A stretch of 64,000 nt of DNA from positions 11,472,001 through 11,536,000 of the forward strand of contig CM052817.1 of NCBI GenBank assembly GCA_028534125.1. The letters run 5' to 3'. The number at the start of each line of letters is the position of its first letter. The stretch's first letter is position 1. A program made the position numbers and the translations under genes. Source of the DNA: Lama glama. Taxonomy: Eukaryota. This document shows positions 37,486-51,694 of this stretch, piece after piece. Under the pieces are notes generated by a model, which was not told the DNA's origin, ran no database searches, and saw only the letters and a list, made by a program, of their open reading frames with translations.

Positions 37486-39149
37486 TGTATTTGTTGTTGT
37501 TATTTTCATTTTTATTCCATTTTTTTCATTCTTTTTTCTTCCTCTTTTCAAGTATTGCTTGTCCCAAGTATTACTATCAAACTCCGCTCATTGGGCCAGA
37601 GACTTTTGTGATCTTAGTGAAAAACTTGCCCTTTGTGCAGCACACTACCTACATCTGGGAATTCATCATGGAGTTGGAAACTGAACACGTCTTTCCAAAT
37701 TTAACGACCGTTTTACACTGGGAAGCAGTAAAGAAGGTGATAACGTTGCCTTGTGGAAAAAAATCAGAAATTGAGGAACCTGTATTTTATATGATTTTCA
37801 TGAGTGGCTACTGGTTATTTGAGGGAAAATAGTGACACAAACAAAAAAGTATGATCCCGCAGTATTTAATATACCATTCAGCCAAACTGGGGTTTTTGCT
37901 GCCAGCCATCCGATACTTTCTCAATGTCTACTCTCACGGAGCTTGTCTAATACTTCTTTCTGTGCTCTTAAAACACTTTACTTATACTTTTTCTCATGGA
38001 TCTTATCATGTTCTTCCAAGTATTATAATTGTTTATGGATGTATCTATTGTTCCACTCTATCACCCTGTAGGTTGTAAAGTTAAGACCTGGGTATTCATC
38101 GTTTCTTTATACCTGTTTCTACACTTAGTTGATACCCAAGAGACTTTTGCTGAATTGAAATCAAAGGGTAGCAAAATGGGATTTTTAAAAAGAAAACATG
38201 AAAGATATAGGAATTCTTTCATTCCACCCTCTCCAACATTCTCAAGACCTACTCTTAAATCCAAACTTATTTTTTATCTCTGATGTCCAGACAATGACAA
38301 AAGGTGGTGGCATGTTTCCATTTTATGGAGGTTATGTTTCAAATTAAGAAATTATTATTTGGCTTTTCTGCATGTTAAAACTCCTCATACAAAATAAACC
38401 ACAATGTCTTATGTGAATAAGGTGTATCATTTTACCCACCAATATGCCTTAAGGAACTGAAATATGAACAACTGATGAATTTGAAATTTTTTTCCATGCT
38501 GTTGATAATAGCTAGGATTGGGTCCCCAGTTTCAACATGCAGAAAATATTTAGATATAAAAATAATACAAAATACCAATAGTTCAGGGCAAATAGGCCGA
38601 GCAGTAAAGCTCCGAAGTAAAATTCAGTGGATTAAAGAAGTTTATTTTAAGATATTACCATAAAGAAGGTTTATTTAACCAGTAAAATATGATAGTAGTC
38701 CCTATTAATATCTACCTAGAGAATAGATATGAAATAAAGATAGAAAAGAATGAGGCAATTAAATTATACTATGATTTACCTTGATAAAGATATGAATTAA
38801 AATGTGAAGTTGATAAAACTTTAGTACCTTTTAACTTAGTAGTCAATATGTCAAAATTATAGCATATTTGAAGGTTTAAATTACAATAATAAGATTTAAA
38901 TTATAATTAATAATCACTTATGCAACAGTAGAAGGTAAAGAATAGTCTAATATTATCCTATTGTAGACTTTCAAATTTAATAGGCAAAATTACCTGATCT
39001 CATTATTATACACTAAAGTCATTAAGCTCTAAACCTCTAAACCAGAAACTTGAAAGAAAAAGAGATCTAAATATAAAACCCAGCAACTCTTTTGAATATC
39101 ATTGCTCTCCCCCCAATCTCTCTCTGTTTCTCCATTGTTCCCAGAAAAT

Positions 39150-40760
39150 AGAAGAATCCTAAAACAGAAGGTAGAGGTGAGAGGTCAGCTAAAAGCTCAG
39201 GGATTGGTTGAAAGATTGTGTAAGGACCTCTGAGAACTACCCCTGCTTCTGGACTCCCTCTCCATCATGTATGTGCAGCCACGCCTTTTTATCCCAGCTC
39301 CTACAAGAGGTTGGACTTTTATTCTTTAGAGGAATTGGATTGGAGAGATTATGAATTTGAGGACACCAAGTAGTAGAGGGAGGGGCTAAAGCTGTAGACT
39401 AAACACACCTTACTAAATAAAGGTTGCTAAATCTCCCTCTACTTGCTCCTCATAATACCCATAGCCAGATTTATACCTTTTAGCAGGAAATTGGAGATCC
39501 TTCTCAAGAGAAACTCAAAAGTCTCACAGAAAAAACTTATACATGCTAACATTTGGATATATTCTTAATGAAAAGCTGGCCATCTGTTTGATCATACTTA
39601 AGTAAGGTCCAGGAGTCATAAAGCGCACCCATTTGCACAGAGCATCCAAAAAGTGTTTTACTCATAAGTGTGCACTGGCTGCTAAGAATCTTTAGACATT
39701 TGAGGAAAACATCCAACTTGAAAGACAGAGACCAAAACAAGCAGATGAAAGAAATTCAAAGTAAAACAGAGACAATGCAGGGAACACAAGAAAGCTTCCA
39801 CGTAATTACAATTAGCATCTTCAAAAGATAAGATATTGCATCATTAAAACAAGAATTACTTTGAAACAAGATGCTATGGAAAACAGAGAAAGAAGAATCA
39901 AGAAAGAGCTCTTGGAAATTAAAAATATTTCAGATGAAATTAAGATAAAATTCAATAGCAGAGTTGAGAGGTGAAGACAGAAAATTTCTTCAAGGTAGCA
40001 TCAAAAAAACCCAAAGAGATATAGAGACAGACAATAGAAGATGTGAAAATTTCAAGATCAATTTGAGAAGTCCAGTGTCTGAGTGACATGAGTTCCAGAA
40101 AGAGACTATAGGGCAAACTGAGGGGATGGTATTATCAAAGAAATAATTTTTAAAAATTTCCTAGAATTGAGGGAAATCAGCCTCTAGATTGAGTGGCTTC
40201 ACTCCAAGACACATAATCATGAAATTTCACGATCCCAGGAATAATGAGAAAATTCTAAAAATATCTAGAGAGAAAAGGTAAGTCACGCACAATGAATAAG
40301 GAATCAGAGTACTATTGGACTCCCCAGCAGATGACAATGGAACTACTTCAAAATTATAACTCAAAGTGATCTCCAAACTAGAATCCTAAAACCTGTCAAA
40401 CTATCAGTCAATTATGAGAATAGAGTAGATATTTTCAGGTTTGCAAGTTCTCAAAACATGTACCTCCCATGCACTCCTTTTCAGGATGCTACTGGGGTAA
40501 GTGCTTTCTTATAACTAAATGAGTAAGTGATCACAGAAACAGGGAATCCAGCATAAGAAAGAGGTCAAAGGATTTCCCAAGGTGAGGAAGGACAGTTATA
40601 GCTGAGAGCTGGCAGAAGACCAGAAAGTCCAAATGCAAGCAGGATGATGGAGGGATCCAAGAAAGAATTTCCTGGGGCAAAATGGAGCAGAATTTATAAT
40701 AGGCTTGACCTGGAGAAAATTGAAAATTGGAAGGATACTTTGAAGAGCAGAAAGAATTAG
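39150..40760 (+). mobile_element. Ancient L1 5'/ORF1 region remnant
   Basis: A-rich ORF1-like motifs gagttccagaaagaga, ccaagacacataatcatgaaattt, ctagaatcctaaaacctgtcaaactatca. Confidence 0.65.
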
Positions 40761-41271
40761 TAATAGGCACATAAATAATGGAGAAAATAGAGTCCCAATA
40801 TCTGTGACTTTGAATTTTTATCTTTGCTTTTTCAGTGTCTATGATAATACCTGGCATGGAAGATGATCTCAGTGAGTGCTTACTGTATGGATAGATGGAT
40901 GGATGGATAGGTGGTTGAATTGATGAATTAATGAAATAGTAGAATAATAGTGACAATGATAATAATAATAATGACTTTGTGCCTTCCTCCATCTAATAGT
41001 TCCTTAAACTTAGACAAACTTCTAGGAATGTTTATTGAATTTTGTGAATGCATATTGTTTACTTAATCATTTATTAATTCCTTTATATTAGTCAGACTTC
41101 TTAGTTTTGAAAAACAGAACTTTAAATTTGTTTAGTTAAAGTAGGGAATTTGTTAAAACTCTGAAAAATTCCAGGTGATATCTGCAGTCACAGAATGGAT
41201 CCAGGTACTCAAAAATAATCTGTTTCTTTCTGTCTCTTACCATTGCTTTCCTCTTGGTTGTTTTCATTCTT

Positions 41272-41655
41272 TTTGTTTTTTTCAAATTTTTAAATTGAGG
41301 TATAGTCAATTTACAATTTTGTGGTATTTTCTGGTATATAGCATAGTGATTCAGTTATACATATATACCTTTTCAATTCTGTTTCATTATAGGTTATTAC
41401 AAGATATCAAATATAGTTCCCTGTGCTATACAGTAGGATATTGTTGTTTATCTGTTTTATGTACATAGTTAGTATCTGCAAATCCTGAACTACCAATTTA
41501 TACTTCCCCACCTCCTTTTCCCCTGGTAAGCATGTTTGTTTTCTATGTCTGTGAATCTGTTTCTGTTTTGTAAACAAGTTCATTTGTGTCATTTTTTTTT
41601 AGATTCCACATATAAATGATATCATATGGCATTTTTCTTTCTCTTTCTGGCTTAC
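41272..41655 (-). mobile_element. Cetartiodactyl-type L1 3' end with TSD, inserted into an older LTR-like element (about 41085-41980)
   Basis: Reverse L1 3' UTR (aattgaggtatagtcaatttacaat...gttccctgtgctatacag); TSD tgttttcattctt (41259-41271) vs tgttttccttctt (41656-41668). Confidence 0.88.
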
Positions 41656-42154
41656 TGTTTTCCTTCTTAGGTCAGATCTCCCTATGTGCTCATTACAAAC
41701 TTAATCCCCCATATTAGCAACACCACTTCTTTATTAGTTACTCTGAAATACACAGCTTAGTCAAAGTTGACCAACTTTTATCAATTTCTTGAGCCAATTA
41801 TCGTGGCCAGGGGAATGGAATATTCTGAATGGTTAGGCCTGGGTCACATGAAGAACTCTAGAAACATAGATCAGCCTCATCCAAACAACATGGCCTCAAA
41901 ATTAGGCAGAGATGGCTTCACAGAGGGCACTATTAGCAGGAAAAGGGAATCTAGATATCCAGACAGGCAAATCAAATAGCTACTTTATTTGAAAAAAATT
42001 TACCTACTTTACCCTGACCTCTATGAGACAGATGAATAGTCCTCCGAATTAACCTCTCAAAACAGAAAACAGTATTTGAGAATGCTTGTAAAATTTGACT
42101 TTATATCTCATATCTCACCTCTGACCTTTCTAACTTTTTGGCGTATAAATTGTG

Positions 42155-42460
42155 GATCAGCTCTATTCAACAGAGATATGATGTGAGACACAAATGTAAG
42201 TCACATGTACAATTTTAAATTTTGTAGCAGCCATATTCAAAAAGTAAAATTGACAATAATTTTAAGAATATATTTTATTTAATCCAACACATCTGAAACA
42301 TTTTCACTTCAACACATAATCTATATAAAATTTTAATGAGATATTTTACATTCTTTTCTCTGTACTGTCTTTGAAATTCTATGTGTATTTTGCACTTGCG
42401 GTACATTTCAATTAAGATTAAGCACATGTGGAAGGAGGCTGCCATACTGGGCAAAATATT
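42155..42460. mobile_element. MER33-like hAT-Charlie element
   Basis: gtaagtcacatgtacaattttaaattttgtagcagccatatt...tctttgaaattctatgtgtattttgcactt...ggctgccatactgg. Confidence 0.75.
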
Positions 42461-43569
42461 TCTGGACTGTGAAAACTTTCATATTCTATTAAGTAAAGTC
42501 TTTCCCTCCCCCAACCAATTTCCTCTCTCTTGAACACCTTCTCTTTCCATTCTAGTCATCTTTCTTCCTTCAATCAAATAATACAATGGATCAAATAGGA
42601 TAATGTTAATTAATTCACAGTCTTATGATTTTGAAACGGGAATAAAAAGAAGTCTTCACGTATTTTCTACTCTTCAAGAATAAGAGCTGAAATAAAATGG
42701 CAAATCACTCTGGTGCTTTTATTTAGTATGAATTAAAGCAATATGAAACAGATGATCACATCTTGATGACAATTATGGTACTACTTGGCAGGAAGAACTG
42801 AAGAAGGAATTTGGCCTGGTAGTATTAAATAGCTGCCCAGATAGGTTCTATAAGGAATAGAAAGAGTGAGAAGAATCAAGTTATTCACATGCAGCTAATG
42901 AAATAGTTGCATCATGTAGTTGGGGGAATCTCAGTTGCTAAAACAGAATGCCTGCTAGTTAGCACACCTTTATTCCTCAAAGAAATCTGACTTGCACATA
43001 CACTCACTTTTGAGGATAAATCTTTAAATGTACTTTTTTTGTATGTTTAAAAAGCAGGCTCTTTTTCTATTATGAATCCCTTGATCCAGGGGTTTATTTT
43101 GGCACCTTGAGGATTATGTAAAATTTATTGCCGAAGCAGCATTTTCTTTTAAAGCATTGGTTTCCAAGCACTCTTTAAGAACGATAAAAAATAAAATTAA
43201 AAGCCTTCTAAAATGTCAACTACTTTGGGATGGATTTTACATGATTTTCTCAGTTCAAAGAAAACTGCAGTGTATGTAAAAATGTGACAGAATTTTCCTT
43301 TGCAAATTTATATACAGCTATAAAAACACTGTTCATTTTTCACAGAAATATCTTAAACAACTTGCACTTGTATACATTGGGAAATTTAATTTTAAAAATC
43401 AATACTTAAGATATATACCTTATTGTAAAATTTATCTTTTAGTCAGGAAGCAATACTCCACACATAAACACTCAATAAACATTTTCGGCATCTAATGCTT
43501 GTCAAGTGTTACACTAAGTGCTGGGTTTCCAGGATAAGTCACAGAATTGGCTTCTGTGATCATGACATT

Positions 43570-43990
43570 TGTCTATAGTGCTTGTTGCACACTATTTGTT
43601 GACCTTCCTTTTAGAAATTAGATCTTAATTTTCTCCTGAAGACCATTCCCTCTCCTATTCTCAGTTTATCTGCTTCCTATGGAATTGAGTCCATCTCTTG
43701 ACATTAGACTTGAGCAGGTGACTCAGGATTGGCCAATCAGAAGATTGCAATCCCTGACAGTGACTGGCTCAGAGATCGACACAGTACCTTGTCTGAGCCA
43801 AAGAGACACAGTGAGATTTGGGAGAGACCTTTGCTCTTTTCTACTAAATGTGCTACAACCGTTTTGCAACTAAGTATGTGGTGCTTGAGAATAAAACCAC
43901 CGCCAAGGAACAGAGCTCGCTCAAAAAGGAGAGAGGGAAACCAAGTCCTGGAGTGAGTGCTGTCTAGAGCCAGACACCCTGGCTTCAAAC
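43570..43990. mobile_element. Old ERVL/MaLR-type LTR fragment
   Basis: gcaggtgactcaggattggccaatcaga...cagtgactggctcagaga, typical of LTR16/MLT1-class LTRs. Confidence 0.5.
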
Positions 43991-44102
43991 ATTGAAAGAA
44001 GAGAATAAGCCCAATGAAGGCAGTGAGTTGGAGGGGAGGAGAGAGTTCAGATTTCAGAAGGAGAAAGAGCATTCCAACTGGATGATGTAAGACTAAAGGC
44101 AG

Positions 44103-44403
44103 TATAGACTTAGAAAACAAACTTAGGGTTACCAGAAGGGAAGGGGATGGAAAGGGATACATTGGGAGTTTGAGATTTTCAGATACTGACTGATATATAT
44201 ATATATAAAATAGATAAACAATTTTATACTGTATAGTATAGGGAACTATATTCAATATCTTGTAATAGCTTAGGGTGAAAAAGAATATGAAAACAAATAT
44301 ATGTATATTCATGTATGGCTGAAGCATTGTGCCGTACACCAGAGACTGATACAACATTGTAAACTGACTATACTTTAGTAGAAAAAAACTAAAGGAAGAA
44401 AAA
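44103..44403 (+). mobile_element. Short L1 3' end insertion with a perfect 14-bp TSD
   Basis: L1 3' UTR ending acaacattgtaaactgactatact; aagactaaaggcag at 44089-44102 and 44404-44417. Confidence 0.93.
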
Positions 44404-45413
44404 AAGACTAAAGGCAGCTATGGCATAATGAATGGGGAAAACCTCAAACAGTTTTGAGAGGACATGAAATGACAATAATAGAGGGATCAGAGGAGAGACT
44501 TGAGAGAGAGAGGCAAGAGACAGATCACAGAAGATCTTATCCTCCAGGTTAGGTAAGGCACATCACACAGCGGATGGCAGGATCACTGACATATTTTAAG
44601 CAGAAGAATGACACAGTCATATTTGTTTTTAAATCATTTAAAAGGTGCTTTATTTAAACAAGCAGTTAATGAATCAGAAGAAAAGCTGCAGGAAGAAGTA
44701 GATTATGTGGGGACAATTTAACAAGTATTAGATTGCAAACTCATGGAAGACAAGGTCATTTGCATCATATCAAGTTCAATTTCTGATCTATCGTACTAAA
44801 CCATACAAAACTGCTGATATTTGAGTGTGTCTGACCTATTTAAAAAAAGCAATCACATATGTTCAATCCAATAGAAGTATGTTATATTCTTATAGGATAA
44901 TGACCAGAAAACAGCATTTCTTGATTTTTTTCCTGTATAGTTTCTTTGATTTAGAATCAGCGTTTTTTTTTCCTTAGGAGACATGGACATATTTTTATTT
45001 GAGACAGAACTCTCTGGGACATTGCAGGATAGGTTGGAGGGTACTAGAGGCAAGGAAAGAATTTAGAAGACTTTATCATAGTCCATTCAAGAGTTAATAA
45101 AGTTTGCAAATAGGGCAGTGGTGGGGAGAAGTCAAAGAAGAAATGAAACATTTATTTATGTATTGGAGTTATGGTTTTTGAATCAAACTAATGCATACAC
45201 ATGATTTAAGAATAAACTAGTACTGAATGGTTTTTAATGAAAAAATAAGTCTGCCTTGCACTTCCTTAATCCCAGTCCTGTTCTCCACAGCTAACTACTT
45301 TTAACTTTTTAACCATTTATGTTAATAGTTATTCTTGTGGTCAGCCAGGACCTTCATACTCCATTGTACTCTGTCCCACTTGCACAACTGTATGTGGCAA
45401 CCCTGGACTAGCT

Positions 45414-45913
45414 NNNNNNNNNNNNNNNNNNNNNNNNNNNNNNNNNNNNNNNNNNNNNNNNNNNNNNNNNNNNNNNNNNNNNNNNNNNNNNNNNNNNNNN
45501 NNNNNNNNNNNNNNNNNNNNNNNNNNNNNNNNNNNNNNNNNNNNNNNNNNNNNNNNNNNNNNNNNNNNNNNNNNNNNNNNNNNNNNNNNNNNNNNNNNNN
45601 NNNNNNNNNNNNNNNNNNNNNNNNNNNNNNNNNNNNNNNNNNNNNNNNNNNNNNNNNNNNNNNNNNNNNNNNNNNNNNNNNNNNNNNNNNNNNNNNNNNN
45701 NNNNNNNNNNNNNNNNNNNNNNNNNNNNNNNNNNNNNNNNNNNNNNNNNNNNNNNNNNNNNNNNNNNNNNNNNNNNNNNNNNNNNNNNNNNNNNNNNNNN
45801 NNNNNNNNNNNNNNNNNNNNNNNNNNNNNNNNNNNNNNNNNNNNNNNNNNNNNNNNNNNNNNNNNNNNNNNNNNNNNNNNNNNNNNNNNNNNNNNNNNNN
45901 NNNNNNNNNNNNN
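45414..45913. other. Assembly gap (500 N)
   Basis: Run of N; the round length suggests a placeholder size. Confidence 0.99.
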
Positions 45914-46429
45914 ACATATTTAAGAAAAAAGGCTCATGTACATAGACTAATAAAGCAGTGGTATCTAGCACTATTGTATCCAGTATGCTATCTAGTATCC
46001 ATCACTGGGGCCCTATATAAAACAAGCACTCAATAAATATTTGAATGAATAAGTAAATGAATGCATGAATAAAAAGAAACTAGTTTCTTAGAAGGGAGCA
46101 CTCAGATCAGAAAATTTTAAAAATATGTATCTTTTTTTTTCCTCTCAGGTAATTGAGACAGTTTCAGAGTTATACATGAAAATGTATCTTACCTGTCCTG
46201 TGTTCATTCTCCTACTACCTGAAGTTCTTTGGTGAATACATTTAATTTTCATTTTTAAAATACATTCAAGACTAATTTTAAATTGTTTGCTGCATTAAAA
46301 AATGTCTACTGTACAGAATAATTTCCTTGAAAATTTTAGAATTTCATAGGATAGCTGCTTTAGAATTTAAATGAAAAATATTTCATATTGGTAAGGTTCT
46401 AAAAGTCTTTTTAATCAACTAGCTCACTT

Positions 46430-46579
46430 AATTTATTTAATTATTTTTTTAATTAAACTTTTTTTTTTTAATTTGGGGGGAAGCAATTAGGTTTCTTTTT
46501 TCTAATAAAGGTACTGGGGATTGAACCCAGGCCTCATGCATGCTAAGTACACACTCTACCACTGACCTATACCCTCCCC
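46430..46579 (-). mobile_element. tRNA-derived SINE, camelid type (vic-1-like), with TSD
   Basis: Reverse reads ggggagggtataggtcagtggtagag...ggttcaatccccagtacc...aaacctaattgcttcccccc plus A-rich tail; TSD tcaactagctcactt (46415-46429) vs tcaactatctcactt (46583-46597). Confidence 0.9.
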
Positions 46580-47489
46580 ACTTCAACTATCTCACTTTAA
46601 CAGAAAACTAACTGGCCTAAAATACATGAAGAAGTTCAGCCACAGAGATGACTTTGTCCAGTCTTTGTGGGACTACATCTACAAGATTCCATTTGAGCCT
46701 GGAATTGTAAACACTCTTAAATTAGAAAGTATTTTCACAATGACTTTCTTTTCTAGAAAGTTTAAAAATCATTATTACCTAGTAAATTTTGTTTAAAATA
46801 ACTTATTTGATTAAGCTCTTCGGCAAAACAAAAAGTAAAAAGCCATTTGGGCCAACACCATGGATTCCATTCATGAAATGAGCCCAGCTGAATGGTGGCT
46901 TGGGTAATCTTGTTTTGACTTCTCTCTGAAAACTCTATTATTAAAATGGTGAATTTGGTAATTTAGTAATCTCTGTAATGTTAATGGAATGCAAGTTCAT
47001 ACCAGTGGTAACATATATATTCTAAAGTGCATGGTTTGGCTTTACCATCTTGTTTATTTATTTAAATATTTTGCTCTGTCTACCAGTTGGAGGCTATTAC
47101 TGGGGACTGTTAATGAGATCCATACTCACATCTTGGTCTAAATAGGTCTCATTGTTCTTTTGGCCAATTAATATCTTGGTATTTCAACCAGTTATTTTTC
47201 TTCCTGGAGCGCCTATGATAGAGATGTGGAAAGATCATACAGATGGATGAAGAAAGTTTTTGTTGTCATGGAATGTTTCAGGTTTAGGAAGCTTCTATTC
47301 TTGAGAGTTTAGATCTCATGATTAAGCTTGCTATTCATAGCTTGCCAATGCATGTTTGTGATAGCTATTAGTATCTAATCACTGGATTTATTTTGAAAGG
47401 GTAGTTCCACCGAGTAGGCAGCAAAGGAAATTTGCATGAAGCCAAACGTCTCTAAGCTTGAAAAAATGATTCCACAATGTATGATTTTG

Positions 47490-47523
47490 TGAGAGAGAGA
47501 GAGAGTGTGTGTGTGTGTGTGTG
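47490..47523. repeat. Compound (GA)n(GT)n microsatellite
   Basis: Direct reading. Confidence 0.9.
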
Positions 47524-47757
47524 CAAGCTCAGGTGCCAAATCAGCTATCACTGGTTGTATAAAGAGGACCTCTTTAAATTCACTACGCTTCTACCTTGGA
47601 GTAACAGACTTTTACCCAACTAGGGGATTAAAAAGGACGAAACGGGGGAAAGACGAAAAGGGGGAAAGTACTCTATTTTTTGTGTGTGTCAGGGGAAGGC
47701 GAGGGGAGGTCTGTTTTTAATCAGCCTCATCTGACAAAATGAAGAAGATACTAGGGA

Positions 47758-48252
47758 TGTGTTTTAGTTTCCTAGGGCTGTTGTAACAAAGCACCACAAA
47801 CTGAGTGGCTTCAAACAACACAAATGTATTACCCCACAGTTCTGAAGGCCAGAGGTCAGAAATCAAGGTGTTGGCAAGGCCATTTTTCTCTGAAACCTGC
47901 AAGGGAATTTTCCCTTGCCTCTCCCTAGCTTCTGGTGGTTTGCTGGAAATAAATCTTTTGAAGATTCTTGCCTGCAGTTGCATCACTCCAGTTTCTGACT
48001 TTATTGTCACACAGTATTCTCCCTGGGTGTCTCTGTCTCCACGTGGCCGCCTTATAAGGACACTGGTCGTTTTGGATTACGGGCCCACCCTGCTGCAGTA
48101 TGACTTCATTTTAACTTAACTATTTACATCTGCAATAACCCTAGTTCCAAATAAGGTCACATTTTGAAGTGCTGGGGGTTAAGACTATATATATATGTAT
48201 ATATGTATGTGTGTATAGATATATAGTGGGGGTCACAAATCAATCCATCACA
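47758..48252 (-). mobile_element. MLT1B/C-like solo LTR
   Basis: ttagtttcctagggctgttgtaacaaagcaccacaaactgagtggctt...ttccaaataaggtcacatt...aattcaatccatcaca. Confidence 0.88.
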
Positions 48253-48594
48253 GATTATGAAGCAGAGAGAGAACTCAAGCGCAGAAATGTATCTGGTCAG
48301 AAAAGGGCCTCTGATAGCCTGTATGGAGACTGTATGAATTAGGACAGATGTCCCCCTGGAGGAATGCAGTCACCTTGCCAGGGCTCACAGCTGGAGAGAG
48401 AGCACAAGCTGGACTTCAGCCCCTCTTGTCCCCTCAGCACAGTGTCTTTATGCACAAACAGACCAAACTAGCAGTGGTCCTGGGACTGGGGTTAGATGGT
48501 GATAAGGTGTGGGCAGTGAGAGTGCTGGCAAGGGCAAATTGATGACAATGGACTATTTCGATGGAGACAGAAGTAGGGAGGGCAAATGGCATTC

Positions 48595-48910
48595 GCTGAC
48601 TCATTCCAGCAGTATTTACTGAGTGTCTACAACATACTAGGTGCTCTGATGGTGCCTGATACACAGCACAGAACAGAGTGGAGCAGTCATCTTCTCTGCC
48701 CTTAAGAACTTATAGTCTAGGGTAGACAGATGTTGAAGAAGCAGACAGCAAGTACATGATTGTAAATTGTGGGAAGTGTTCTGAAAGAAATAAAGAGGGT
48801 AGCATGAGAGAAGAAAATAGGGGAATCGAGTAGATGAACTTTTTTGGATAGAGTGATCAAGAAACAACACCTTAAAGTGACATTTAAATGTAGTCCTAAA
48901 GGATAAGACT
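48595..48910 (-). mobile_element. L2 3' fragment
   Basis: tcattccagcagtatttactgagtgtctac...ctgcccttaagaacttatagtctag. Confidence 0.7.
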
Positions 48911-51694
48911 TTTGGGTGGCATTGGCTAACACTGGATCTAGTGGGGTGGGATATAAAAGATACCTAAACTAAAAATTCTTGAACTCATTTATTTTAGATT
49001 TCCTTGTTTATCAATGTAGACTTTTTATATGATTTCTCTTTCCTATAATTAATAGGATTCATTATTTTGTTGAGAGTTTTTAGTGCTCTCCCATTGGAAA
49101 CAATCTCATTAATACAACTCAATTTAGTTTAATCAATTGTTCAAAATTTGCAGCAGTTGTGAAATGGAATGTTATTATCCAAGAATTATATTTCCTCAGA
49201 GAATGCGGGCCATCCAGGTGTCCTATGAGGCCCAATGATTCTCCCAGAACTGGAATCAGTTGCCAAAATCCCTGGAAGCAAAACTGAGGATGGATCTGTG
49301 CTTGAAAATGTTCACACGAAGTCCCCACATCTTGGGCATCCAGACTATTTAACTATTTTATCAAATAGTGTCAAAAGAGCTAAAATGAAATTTGCCTTTT
49401 CTGATCCCTACCACCTCCCAGTTCTGTATCATTATATTTGAAGTTCAAGATGCAGCAAGGAAAATGGACTTCTTTTAAAATAGTTGGTATAAACTACCTA
49501 GAAGTTTCACAGACAGATGTCATTGTCTGTGCTCGAATACTACTTGCAAAAAAATTGGATTTAAAGTATCAACAATACAAAAATAAGGAATTAAACATAA
49601 ACTCTGGTCAAATTTGTGGCCAAAGGGAATTTCATGGCTGAGAAATGCAGACAGTTCTCTACACAGGTCCTTTGCACTACGTAGACTTCACTTAGTGTCA
49701 CTTCCCAGGGAACTGGGACTTGCTGAGTGTTCTGTCATCCCAATCACTTTCCTGCTTTCTTTTCTTCATAGCACTTATCAACATCTAAAGTTATTACATT
49801 ATTTATTTGCCTATTGCCTGATTTCATACACTTGAGTTAGGCCTTATTTGTCTTCTTCATAGTTGCATCCGTAGAACCTAAAACATAGCACACAGTAAAC
49901 GTTCAATAAATATTTGAGAATGAATGTAAGAATGAATGAAATTCAGGAATAGAGAAACATTCTTACTGACAGGAGCGCCAAAAACTTATTTACTCAAAAG
50001 TGGTAAAATATTTTCAACATTAATTCTACAAAAACTATTATATTATGTAAGTCACTTTAACTAATTCACTTAAACTATTGTTATGTACAAATCACACATC
50101 TAAACCATCGAGGAGAACATGACTCTTTTTCTCTTGAGTTCAAATTATTACTTATAACTTGTTTATTCATGAGGGTAGAAATTCCTTCTAACATTCAGTT
50201 GGCATTCCTTTGTAGTATGTATCACATTGCTCTGCACATTGCACATAGTAGGAATAGTAATAGTGTTCTTAGTAGTAATACTAATAATAACAACTAATAT
50301 TTATTGTGCACTTACTGCATGACACTGTTTTAAATGTCTTTATAGATTATCTTATGTATATCTCATAATAACCCTATAACTTCCCATAGTTATACAGTTA
50401 GTAAATGTCAGAGCCAGAATTTGAACCAAGGATATCTAATCCCTGAACCTAATTTCTTAACCTCAGTCATATACTAACTCCAGGAATATATGCTGATGAA
50501 ACAAATTGCTACTATAAAACAATTAGGCAAATTATTTAACATACAATGAGTATTCAGTGAGTGTACTTCAAATCCTCACTTTTGAAATTTATGCATCTTT
50601 GAAAGAGTTTTTGTTGTTAAAATTTTCTTAAAGGATCAAGATATATCATCAAATAAAAGACCATGATCAAAGCTCAGAAGATAATTCTAGAATAATTGTC
50701 TCAAAAATGTCTTACACAATCAAAGAGTGATTACAGTGGGATACAGTTTCTTTTCTTAGTCAGACTTTATTTACAAGTAGCAGAAACTCATACAAAATAG
50801 CTTAACGTAAGGGACAATTTCTTTGAAGTAAACAGAGATATCCTGAAGAAATCCAAATACAAGAAGTATTTTTGCTTTGCAAATCTAGAAATGGAATTTG
50901 GCAAGTGATCAAAATCTATTTTTCCTCTCTCTCTTTTTTCCTTCTGGAGCCACGAAGTCCATTAATTTGCACATCTACACCATTAATTATCATTCCCCCT
51001 CCTTCTTTAGTTTTTCTGCTTTTCTGTGCACATGGTGATGGGGAGTAGGGGAGAAGATGGCTGATCAAAAAATGGAGTCCCAGCCCTCTCTGTATGCAAG
51101 CTAAGCGCCTGCAGATAACTGATGTGTGTTCCTTACCTCAGGCTCTCAATTACAAATTCTCGCTAGAGAGAGCTCAGTAGTCTTCAACTTGTCTCAGTGT
51201 CTAATTGACTGGTTGGGTAACAGCGTTGACTCAGTACAAAGGCTCGATACCTTGAGTTAAAAAAGTATGGATTTGGGAGAAATCCTCAGATAAGGTGAGA
51301 AAGATCTAAGAATATGTCCCAGAGTGTTTTCTATAACTTTCAAGATGACGACCTTGGAAGAGAAGGTCACTCATTTAAAAGTATAAGTTTTTGAGCGTTT
51401 GCTTTAGAAAGTCAGTTTAATTTCTTTATAGTAACCTGTCCTTTACAATTTACAGAATTTTGACTGAAATTTAATTCATAAACTATGATACTTGTAATGT
51501 ATTTTAATATTTGACATAGCAAGTTTCCCCCTATTACTTGTTCTTTTTTATATTTTTAGCTGGTTTTATATTTCATGTTATCCCGAAATTTTAAAAACTA
51601 AACATAAAGTGAAATAGATAACTATGAGATGGCATAAAAATTTAACTAGCAATGGGAGGAAATATTAAATCAATTAAGCTTATAATTAGCTAAC

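Noticed and set aside
45335..46036. 233-aa and 187-aa ORFs
   Set aside because: Artefacts of translating through the N gap.
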